Of a DNA stretch of 64,000 nucleotides, positions 8,895 through 16,993 are shown piece after piece; positions within the stretch are counted from its first letter, which is position 1; each line of letters begins with the position of its first letter. This DNA is from an archaeon (lineage in GTDB: Archaea; Thermoproteota; Nitrososphaeria; Nitrososphaerales; Gagatemarchaeaceae), in the NCBI GenBank assembly GCA_021791695.1, contig JAJYWC010000005.1, forward strand, positions 696-64,695, read 5' to 3'. The notes below the pieces were generated by a model, which did no database searches, was not told the DNA's origin, and saw only the letters and a program-made list of their open reading frames with translations. The translations under genes were made by a program, and so were the position numbers.

Positions 8895-9878
8895 TTAACC
8901 CGGCAGTCTGCCATCTTTCGCTTTCTTCTTCTCCTGAAGACCCGAGAATTCGCTCTTGAGGTAGTCTATCACGGGCACTTTGTCGGGGTCGACTCTATTC
9001 TCCCTAGCCAGATAGTATGAGACAAAATCTCCAAGCCAAATCATGTAGAGGATTCTGGTGGGTCTGTTTATCCCCTTCGCAAAGACTTCGGTGTAGTTCG
9101 AACCATCGAGCAACCTCTTTGCAATATCGACGATGTCGTGTATCTGGCGCCTCTCTTCGCTATCCCTCAGCAGAATCACATGGAAATCCTTCATGGCGCT
9201 CCAGGAATTAACCTCGTTATGGAATAGCTCGGTCATGACATCGTACTGGGCCGGTGCCTTGGCGTTCTCGTTCAGTTGCGACTTGAACCGGTGGCAAACG
9301 GAGAGATATTCTGAATATACTAGCGCGAGTTTTCCCGAAAGCCTTGGAGCAATTTTCTCAGCGAGATTCTCGATTTCTTCCCTGGCTGAATCCAACCCAA
9401 CCACATCGATGTCCTCTCTACACCATCCGAATTGGGTGAAGATTTTGAATATCGGGAAGAGCATGAAGGGCAACGCTTCTCTTGGCTGGTATCCTTCTGG
9501 CACGTTGATGTAAGGAACCCCGTATTTCACAAGCATAGTTTTCATCATGCCGCCTGAAGTAAGGCCGATTATCTTGCAACGCCTGGATATGGCCTCGCCC
9601 AGCGCGGAGAGCGTCTCGAAGGTGTTCCCGGAGTAACTTACCGCTATGACGAGCGACTCCTCGCCGGCAAACGCAGGCAGGTCGGGACGTCTGTGAACGA
9701 TAATGGGTTTCGGGACCTGGTCGCCTGTCAAATCCCTCACAATACTGCCCACAACTCCTGAGCCGCCCATCCCAATCACTATGACGTTGCGCGCATCTGC
9801 GTAAGCTGGCGGAATTTCATAATTCTCGACCAAGAGACGTCCAGCTATTTTCATGTATGACCTCATGTGATCTAACAT
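8895..9878 (-). CDS. pgi: Bifunctional phosphoglucose/phosphomannose isomerase (archaeal PGI/PMI, SIS domain)
   Basis: IGMGGSGVVGSIVRDL, AVSYSGNTFETL, KSQLNENAK and HNEVNSW match the crenarchaeal/Thermoplasma PGI/PMI family (recalled Pyrobaculum sequence). Confidence 0.8.
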   Translation of the reverse strand: MLDHMRSYMKIAGRLLVENYEIPPAYADARNVIVIGMGGSGVVGSIVRDLTGDQVPKPIIVHRRPDLPAFAGEESLVIAVSYSGNTFETLSALGEAISRRCKIIGLTSGGMMKTMLVKYGVPYINVPEGYQPREALPFMLFPIFKIFTQFGWCREDIDVVGLDSAREEIENLAEKIAPRLSGKLALVYSEYLSVCHRFKSQLNENAKAPAQYDVMTELFHNEVNSWSAMKDFHVILLRDSEERRQIHDIVDIAKRLLDGSNYTEVFAKGINRPTRILYMIWLGDFVSYYLARENRVDPDKVPVIDYLKSEFSGLQEKKKAKDGRLPG

Positions 9879-10242
9879 CTTGCAAACGCAAACGGCTCAT
9901 TCTCCGTTGTCTAAATAGGCTCTCTTAGGAATTAGGAATGCATCGCAAATGGTCGAATCGAGAGAAGCCTTCCAACCAGTACGCCTTCCAGAGAAGCAGA
10001 ACCTACAGGAATTCTGAGACGATTGTTACAATATCGAGACAGGTAGTTCTCCGAAAGAGATCTGAGTGCGTGGGACAGGGCCGTGGGGCTCACTTTCCTA
10101 TTGGACGGGAACAGAAAGTTTTCCCATTTGCTGGTTGCAGAAATAACTTGGGCCCTAACATGCTCATCTGCCCATTGGTGTTAACAGAACATCACGGGTG
10201 TCTGCCGAGCTTCATGCTCTAAAGACGCTCAATTGAGCGCAA

Positions 10243-11745
10243 TCAGGGGGGCGGCAGCTTCTCCTCCCTGTCAAACAGCATACCTTGGTAGGAATCCTCC
10301 GTAAGTTTCTGAGAATAGTACATTTCATAGAGAGATACGTGCTTCTCCTCCAGCTTCATCAGGTACTCGTGCACCCTCTGGGCGGCTTCTCTACCATGAC
10401 CCATGGCTTTGACCACGAGAGTCTCTCCCGTGGTGACGTCGCCTGCAGCGAAGACACCAGCCATCGACGTTTGATAGTGATCGTCTACAACGATTGAGTT
10501 CTTCTTGCCCATCTTCAGGCCGCTCTGCATCTGCAGAAAGGAGTCTGGTCCTCTGCCGACAGCCAGCAATACGCTGTCACATCTCATCTCAAAATCCTGC
10601 CCTGGGACTGCCTCTGGACTCCTACGCCCTGTTGCATCAGGCGCGCCGAGGGTCATGGTGGACATGGTGACGCTGGCGAGCTTGCCATCAGGGCCGTTGT
10701 ATGAGTCAGGATCGGTCAGGAACTTGAACTGGACACCCTCCTCTTTGGTCTCGTCCACCATGATCGGGTCCGCTGGCATCTCGTTCTCCGTTCTTCGATA
10801 GATTATTGTGACATTGCCTCCCGTCAGTCTGAGCGCGGTCCTAGCTGCATCGAGCGCGCTGTCGCCTCCGCCTATCACGAGGATTTCCTTGCCGAGGTCG
10901 TACGCCGGATGCTTGAGGTATTCTGTGACGCCGTTGACATAGACATCCTCCAAGAATGCGTAACCATCGTAGACACCCTTCAGGTTTATCCCAGGAGTGT
11001 CGAGCTTTGTTACGTCTCTTGAACCGGTCGTAACCAGGATGACATCTGAACCATCGGATAACAATTGGGTGAGCGTGATATCTTTACCAACCTTGATTCC
11101 AGTCCTCATTTCTACACCCTGACCTTTGATCCGTTCAACCTCGTAGAGCAGAACGTCCTTTGGCAGGTGATAGTCCGGGATTCCGTACCAGGCGGTTCCG
11201 CCAGGAGTCTGGAGCTCCTCATAGACGGTTACCGCGTGGCCATACCTCCTGAGCAGTTCTGCAGCCGCCAGGCCAGCTGGTCCAGCTCCAATGACAGCGA
11301 CGCGCTTCCCCGTCTCATTCTCCATTTCCGGTTCGGGTTGCTTTGATTCATTCCGCTCCCAATCAGCGACGTATCTCTGTATCATGCCGATGGATATCGG
11401 CTGGCCCTGCCAGCGCATCACACACGCGCTTTCGCAGAGTCCCTGCAGCTGTGGACAGCATCTAGCAGTGACGCCCACCAGCACATTGGTCTCTCTGATC
11501 CTGTGAAAGGCAGTTTCGAGATCGCCCGCAGCCACGGCGTCGCACATTCCTCTGACATCCATCTGAACTGGGCACGCATCGATACAGACCGGATTTCCGC
11601 ATCTCAGGCACCTGTCAGCTTCAAGCATCACCTCTTCTTTCGTGTAAGGTTGTTCCACTTCTGAGAAGCCTTTCTTCCTTACCTGCGGGTCAGACTTCGG
11701 AAAGGGGAAAGCCCCAACGCGGTCAGGTTTTACATAGGCGCACAA
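10243..11745 (-). CDS. Glutamate-synthase small-subunit-like FAD/NAD(P)H oxidoreductase (GltD/SudA/NfnB family), stand-alone
   Basis: CLRCGNPVCIDACPV and CPQLQGLCESACV Fe-S motifs, then VAVIGAGPAGLAAAELL and IPDYHLPKDV. TTG start. No large-subunit or SudB/NfnA partner is adjacent. Confidence 0.75.
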   Translation of the reverse strand: MCAYVKPDRVGAFPFPKSDPQVRKKGFSEVEQPYTKEEVMLEADRCLRCGNPVCIDACPVQMDVRGMCDAVAAGDLETAFHRIRETNVLVGVTARCCPQLQGLCESACVMRWQGQPISIGMIQRYVADWERNESKQPEPEMENETGKRVAVIGAGPAGLAAAELLRRYGHAVTVYEELQTPGGTAWYGIPDYHLPKDVLLYEVERIKGQGVEMRTGIKVGKDITLTQLLSDGSDVILVTTGSRDVTKLDTPGINLKGVYDGYAFLEDVYVNGVTEYLKHPAYDLGKEILVIGGGDSALDAARTALRLTGGNVTIIYRRTENEMPADPIMVDETKEEGVQFKFLTDPDSYNGPDGKLASVTMSTMTLGAPDATGRRSPEAVPGQDFEMRCDSVLLAVGRGPDSFLQMQSGLKMGKKNSIVVDDHYQTSMAGVFAAGDVTTGETLVVKAMGHGREAAQRVHEYLMKLEEKHVSLYEMYYSQKLTEDSYQGMLFDREEKLPPP

Positions 11746-11760
11746 GTTTCATCTCACCGC

Positions 11761-12312
11761 TCACGCCGTCGAGTAGAGGAGGTAGCAGGACGCCGCCAAA
11801 GGAAGGCCTATATCTTCAAGCTCGTTAAAGAACCTCAGGTGATGCCCCTCCTTCCCGAGGCCGTCCAATTCCCCGACAGGCGCACCCCTGAACTTGCTAA
11901 TCAGCTTGCTCCTTGTTTCATAGTCAACATCGCTCAACTCTGAGAACGGGAAATTGTCCAACCTGCAGATGTACCTCCGACCGACCAAGACCTCTTTGGG
12001 CGGCCTACCCTCTGGGGTGCCTCCGAGCAGGTAGAACTTCTCGTTATGCAAGAACAAGTGATCTTTTATGACCAGGACTGTTGTCCCGGAAGTGACATCA
12101 TGCGCATCATGGGCTTTCGACTGGCTCACCGCCATTGAAAAGGGCCTGATTTCTCCACCAAACCTCGCACTCAGCGTCCACTCGTTCCCATTGCTCGCGG
12201 TCAAACCGTAAGTAAAGTCTTTGCGCAATCGGATATCGGCGACCTTCTCGTCGCCTTTGCGTATAGTGATGCGCAGTTTGCCTGATTCCTGCACGACGAA
12301 ATCAACGACCAA
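11761..12312 (-). CDS. Hypothetical protein (183 aa), probably co-transcribed with the GltD-like gene
   Basis: The ORF ends 13 nt upstream of the GltD-like start on the same strand. Protein-like composition; I recognise no family. Confidence 0.5.
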   Translation of the reverse strand: MVVDFVVQESGKLRITIRKGDEKVADIRLRKDFTYGLTASNGNEWTLSARFGGEIRPFSMAVSQSKAHDAHDVTSGTTVLVIKDHLFLHNEKFYLLGGTPEGRPPKEVLVGRRYICRLDNFPFSELSDVDYETRSKLISKFRGAPVGELDGLGKEGHHLRFFNELEDIGLPLAASCYLLYSTA

Positions 12313-12574
12313 GCAGATTGCTCTCCCTGGCTATTGGTCGATATGGAGTAGCGATATTAGTCTTCAATCGACGGTGAATCCGCTGATAAACTTGCTTCAG
12401 CAATCATTCCTTGAAGACAATCCCGCGCAGCCTGGGGAAGTGAGTACTGAGAGATGACGAACGCGGCCAGACAGTTCTCTGGGAGAGGTCACGCTCATTT
12501 CTGAGTGTCGTTGCTCTGAGAGGTAGCCTTGCGAAGGCGGTTAAATACGAACGGTATGGTGAGTGTGTTATGAC

Positions 12575-12636
12575 TTCTCTACAGAATACAGAGAACTTGA
12601 GTTCAACTGACTGTTCCCGCCCTGGGATTTGAACTC
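12575..12636. other. Two adjacent hairpins in the ORF-free spacer
   Basis: TTCTCT(12575-12580)/AGAGAA(12590-12595) and GAGTTCAA(12599-12606)/TTGAACTC(12629-12636) with a 22-nt loop. The second contains a GTTCAAATCC-like string on the minus strand, but no tRNA cloverleaf can be built. Confidence 0.4.
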
Positions 12637-12824
12637 GGACTGTTTCTACGCCGTTCCATCTATCCAATCATTCGATCTGAGGGCCCAACGCGATATCGGT
12701 GCATTGCATAGACTCTGATGGTATGACGGTCTCGGAATCCCGAGCTGGTTCGAAGGGACAGGGCCTTAGTATCGTATTTAACGAAATGACAGAGCCGGGC
12801 AAACCATCAGACGTTGAAAAATGC

Positions 12825-12850
12825 GGCCCACTCGCAAATGATAGTGGGCC
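12825..12850. other. Perfect 8-bp GC-rich hairpin upstream of the GH12 gene
   Basis: GGCCCACT (12825-12832), a 10-nt loop, then AGTGGGCC (12843-12850). Confidence 0.4.
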
Positions 12851-12886
12851 GGGAGGCATGCAATTAATTTCGGTCGTCGGGAAGTG

Positions 12887-12896
12887 GATAGATACA
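12887..12896 (+). promoter_or_regulatory. TATA-like box upstream of the GH12 TTG start (12919)
   Basis: GGATAGATAC, centred about 27 nt upstream of TTG 12919. Confidence 0.4.
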
Positions 12897-12918
12897 GGAG
12901 CAACGCACGAGCTCAAGA

Positions 12919-14076
12919 TTGGTCATTACTCCAGTCTCGCGCGAGAGAGGAGCGCTCTCCGCCGTTCTCGCAGCGTCAATGGTCGTCGTAGTCATCTTGG
13001 TCACTGGAGTTGCAGCAATATTCCTGTACGGGCTGTATGAGATCCGGCCAGGTAGCTCCGCTTCAGGATCGAGTTCGGGCACAGAAACGGGCACCATGCC
13101 GTTATCCACGGCAAGTTCCATCACCCTTGAATCCTCAGCGACGACCACAAGCAATTCCAGTACAACGGGCCTCGCAACCTCGGCCTCCCAATCAAGAGCA
13201 TCATCGTCAGAGACACTGACGACAACCCAGCCAGGTCAGCATATCTCCTCTGCATCTGGTATCTGCGTCGCGGGCAACACCAAATCGTATCAGGATAGGA
13301 TACTTCTCACGTATGGGTTGATAGCTACTGGTCTCTGGAATCTGCGCTCTGCGAGCGGAGATGTCAGGATGTGCTATCAGCCGTCCGGAATCAATGCAAC
13401 AATAGGCCTCACGAATGTCACGGCGGGACTCGTCCAGCCTGGAGATTTCGTCGGCTATCCCGAGGTTGCCTACTGATTCTCAGCGGGCGACACACAGTTC
13501 GGGCAGATGGAGCCGAACTTGACTTTTCCGATCAGGCTGGATGCGCTCAGCACTCACAACCTCTCAGCATCAGTCACGTATTCTGCGAGCGCACCGGGAG
13601 CCCAGCCGCTCGATTTAGCGTACGACCTGTGGATAGAGGGCAACCCGCAGCCAAACCACGGCGCGCAGTCGAATGACCTTGAGCTGATGATATGGATGGA
13701 CAATCAAACGTTCGGCGGCCCAGGTCCGCAGGTGTGACTCTTCGAAACCCCTGCCGTTATAAACGGCAGCACCACCAGCAGTTCTGTCTGGGGCGTGCAC
13801 GTGAGCATGCCCACCACGCAGAGACCGCACGAGTTGGTGGTCTATCTTCTGACGCACCCGATGAAGGCAGGTAGCATTTCTGTCAAGATTTCGAATTTCA
13901 TCGAGGACGCGATGACCCATTACTGGCACCCGCCATCGAATCCTCAAAGCTATTACCTGATGGGTATCGAACTCGGATCAGAGTTCGCAGCCCCCAACGG
14001 GTCCGCTTCATACGATTGGAAGATAACGGAGATGGCGCTGCAGGAATCGGGACTCTCCATTACTCTCGTTGGTTGA
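12919..14076 (+). pseudogene. GH12 endo-beta-1,4-glucanase, membrane-anchored, interrupted by two in-frame TGA codons
   Basis: Track ORFs 12919..13476, 13507..13737 and 13795..14076 share one frame. The only breaks are TGA 13474-13476 and TGA 13735-13737. Read through, the product has an N-terminal TM helix, a Ser/Thr stalk, GYPEVAY, ELMIWM (nucleophile motif) and MGIELGSEF (acid/base motif), colinear with Pyrococcus furiosus EglA as recalled. Confidence 0.75.
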
Positions 14077-14192
14077 TTTGTGTTGAATAATCTGGGGATG
14101 ACTCGAGACGCTGACGAAGTTGAGGACTACGAACGGGCATCCTGAATGGTTGGAGACCACTTCACGACTTCAACCTGAGGTGCACGCAGTGA

Positions 14193-15655
14193 GAATTGCC
14201 TAGATCTGCCGGAGATGGGATTCCCAAAATGATCGTCTTCTCGAATCTTAGAAAGAGCTGCTCAGGGGTAACGGTAGGGAGGCGAAGGCGGCCGCAGATG
14301 ATGCAGATGCCGGCGCAACCTACGCTCGGCTGGGCATCGGCTGGCCGGCGGTAGAGCCTGCCAATGGGACGTTTGATTTTAGCGCGCTCGACCAGCTGAT
14401 CCAGCTCGCAAACCAGAACGGTATCCATCTTCTGCTAGAGATCGGCGGTGTTCCTCCCGCGTGGGACCTGCCGGCCGGAGCCAACACTCAGGGAGGTCTG
14501 ATAGGATATCCGCCGGCCGACTGCGTATCTGGCAGCATGAGTTGTGCTTCCTTCGGCATCTACGTGAAGAACCTCGTGGAGAACGTGGCCCCCCTGGGTG
14601 TGCAGTACCTCGTTGTGTGGAACGAGCCGCAGAACTTCCCGAAGAACTGGGCGAACGGCACGGCGCAAGAGTTCGGGGTGCTGATTCACCAAGCCTATGT
14701 CGGCGCCCATTCAGTCGACCCGAACATCAAGATAATGAACGGCGGCACCGAGCTGATTCCGGAGGCACTCATGCAGATACGCGAGAAATTCGTCACAGAC
14801 CCCAAGCTTGCGCTCCAGCAGTACGATTTTGTCCAGTCGCTCTACAACGACAGCGAGTGGTGCGACAGCATAGACGTCCTCGATGTCCACCTGAACGACA
14901 ACGGTCCCGCATGGTCGCCCCAGATAATCGACAAGTCCGAGCAGGGAATCCAGAACTGCAACGGGGGAAAGTTTGTTCCTGTTTGGGCGACAGAGCTGGG
15001 CTTCCCCTCGTATCAACAGCTTCAGACGCTCCCCGAGCCTGAAGCGGTGCTGGGGACGACCTACACCTCGGGCAACGGGTCTCAGGCCCAGTTCCTCAAG
15101 GACACCTTCGCGGCAGTTTCATCAGACAGGAATGCTACGGGAATCGACTGGACCTTCCTGGTCGACCCTCCCTATTCGGGCCAGACGAACAGCAGCTACA
15201 GTCAGGCTTACAATCTGGGCATAGGTTCCGGTCTGCTGGGACAGGACTTCGGATACAAAGACTCCTACTATGCCTTCCAATCCTACGTACAGGGAACGAC
15301 CGCAACATCGTCCTCCTCGTCCGCGACTTGCAACAGGTCCAATACTTCGAGCATCGCGTCAAACAGTTCGTCGTTGTCTCAATACTCATCATCGACCTCC
15401 AGTTTGACCTCAATAATGACATCAGCTTCCTCGGCATCGGTAAGCGGGTCCACCGGAACCCAATTGAGCACTTCTGGCATAACTTCGTCCGGCAGCAGCG
15501 CCACCATTGCTTCCTCAACGAGTCAGGCGCGAGGAGGGACCATGACGAACTCGACGCTGTTGTACATCGGAACCGGCGTAGCCGTCCTAGTGGCCACCAC
15601 CTTCTTCCTCGCGATGCGGAAGCGGTCGTCAAAGGGGCGACTAACCCTTGGGTAA
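14193..15655 (+). pseudogene. Clan GH-A (GH5-like) glycoside hydrolase with a Ser/Thr stalk and C-terminal TM anchor; the N-terminus is disrupted or missing
   Basis: Track ORF 14537..15655 has VVWNEPQN and VWATELGF, then a Ser/Thr-rich region and a TM helix. The same frame is open back to TAG 14249-14251 and still encodes barrel sequence (ATYARLGIGWPAVEPANGTFDFSALDQLIQLANQNGIHLLLEIGG) with no ATG, GTG or TTG. More N-terminal-looking sequence (GIPKMIVFSNLRK) sits in another frame. No signal peptide lies between 14077 and 14252. Confidence 0.6.
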
Positions 15656-15790
15656 CGTTCGAAGGGAATTGAGGAATCTCCTCCGCATCTGTACATGTAC
15701 CGACAGGGGAATACACTCAATCCTCGCTCTATCGAACGCCAAAGGGTTTGGGCCGGAAGGGATGCGGTCGACTTGAGTGAAACCTATTCG

Positions 15791-16888
15791 TCATTCGCCC
15801 GTCAGCGCGCGGGCAGGGTTGGTCACCATCATGGTGCGGATGTCCTTCTCTGACGTCCCCTGCATGCGGAACATCGGGACTATGTTCCTGAGCAGGTGGT
15901 CGTAACCGTACCCGCCGTACTTCCTTAGATGGATCTTGTAGCACACGTCGTGAGAGAGAAGCAGTTTGGAGACCTTCCCCCTCTTTATGAGCCCCTGTAT
16001 CCCCTTGATCCTCTCCGTGTCGCGAGGCTCCCACCACGCGTTGTCAAAGAACATCTCAGAGCCGAAGCAGTCGTAGGAGATGTAGGCTCCCCTCTTCGCG
16101 AGGGACTCGTGGACTTCCAGGTCGATGCCGTTCCCGTCCATGTGGCTGAGGATGACCCTTTCCAGGTCCGCACCCTCGTCCTCCACGATGTCCAGCAGCT
16201 TGTGGACGACCCTGACGTCCTCGAGCGGCTGGCCGCAGTAGCTGTGGATGTTCAGCGATTTCTTCGTCTTGACCTGGGCCCTCGCCGCTGCCCTCAGGAC
16301 CTTCTCCTCGTCGGGCACCATCGGCCAGCTCGTCCCTATCTCACCTATGATTCCCGCCTTGATCCCGGTCCCGCCTATCCCGTCCCTCACTTCAGCCACT
16401 ATCTCCTTGACGATCTCGTCGATCGTCATCGACGCGATCTTGGGCGGATGGGAGGCCGCGATGTAGTAGCCGCATCCCATGACCACCTTTATCCCTGTCT
16501 GGATGGATATGCCCCTCACCGCAAGCGGGTCCCTCCCCAGCCCGTTGTTGGTCAGGTCCACGATGGAGTTTCCTCCCGCCCTCTTCAGGTGCATGAGCTC
16601 CTGCACCGCCAGGTCGACGTCGTAGTTCACCACGTCGTCCTTGTTAGAGAACGGGTTTCTCCTGATCTCTCCAAGGTTGGACATCTCGACCTTGCTGTGG
16701 TACAGGTTGCGCCTGGTCGCCTCCTCGGGCACTTTCAGATAACAGCTCAGGTCGAAGAGTACGTGCTCATGCGGGAAGGTTATCCCTAGTTCCTCCGTCT
16801 TGATCTCTCCAGTGACAGTCTGGACTTGTGCCAAGCCAGTCCCTCTCCATCTCGCCGACTGTAGAAAAACCTTAGCGACCAGTCTCAA
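15791..16888 (-). CDS. Phosphotriesterase-homology protein (amidohydrolase superfamily; lactonase/PTE-like)
   Basis: LGITFPHEHVLFDL (HxH metal motif), TSWPMV, ILSHMDGNG and LLSHDV. An alternative TTG start at 16834 (MAQVQTVTGEIK...) has a TATA-like TTTTTCTA about 27 nt upstream. Confidence 0.7.
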   Translation of the reverse strand: MRLVAKVFLQSARWRGTGLAQVQTVTGEIKTEELGITFPHEHVLFDLSCYLKVPEEATRRNLYHSKVEMSNLGEIRRNPFSNKDDVVNYDVDLAVQELMHLKRAGGNSIVDLTNNGLGRDPLAVRGISIQTGIKVVMGCGYYIAASHPPKIASMTIDEIVKEIVAEVRDGIGGTGIKAGIIGEIGTSWPMVPDEEKVLRAAARAQVKTKKSLNIHSYCGQPLEDVRVVHKLLDIVEDEGADLERVILSHMDGNGIDLEVHESLAKRGAYISYDCFGSEMFFDNAWWEPRDTERIKGIQGLIKRGKVSKLLLSHDVCYKIHLRKYGGYGYDHLLRNIVPMFRMQGTSEKDIRTMMVTNPARALTGE

Positions 16889-16963
16889 AAAATTTGGCGA
16901 AATGACGCGACAAACGCGCGACTAGTTAGGGAATTAACACAAAAAATAAAGCCGTGTTCAATA

Positions 16964-16972
16964 TTTTTATAT
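16964..16972 (+). promoter_or_regulatory. TATA box upstream of the APC permease GTG start (16994)
   Basis: TTTTTATAT in the AT-rich divergent intergenic region, centred about 26 nt upstream of GTG 16994. This implies a leaderless or near-leaderless mRNA. Confidence 0.5.
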
Positions 16973-16993
16973 CGCGTACAGCACAGAGTTACC

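Noticed and set aside
9938-10222. A 94-aa ORF in the pgi upstream gap
   Set aside because: It lies in low G+C DNA, has an atypical composition rich in Arg, Asn and Cys, and has no TATA-like box at the expected distance. I treat the region as non-coding.
12461-12515. A possible C/D-box sRNA (AGATGACGA ... CTGA)
   Set aside because: The C box is non-canonical (AUGACGA), no internal D' or C' boxes are recognisable, and the spacing (40 nt) does not fit the compact archaeal C/D architecture.
12599-12640. A possible tRNA: GTTCAAATCC-like T-loop string on the minus strand
   Set aside because: The five bases on either side of the loop do not pair on the minus strand (C-A mismatches). No acceptor, D or anticodon arm could be built within 160 nt, even allowing an intron. 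The string is one arm and loop of an 8-bp inverted repeat.
13474-13737. Selenocysteine as the explanation for the two in-frame TGA codons in the GH12 gene
   Set aside because: GH12 enzymes are not known selenoproteins. The aligned EglA position is Gly or non-conserved, not Cys. I saw no obvious SECIS-like stem-loop in the short 3' region. This remains only a formal possibility, to be excluded by searching for Sec machinery.
14162-15042. ORFs 14162..14428 (-), 14435..14710 (-) and 14461..15042 (+) around the GH5-like gene
   Set aside because: They overlap the frame that carries the GH-A barrel sequence, and their composition is non-protein-like.
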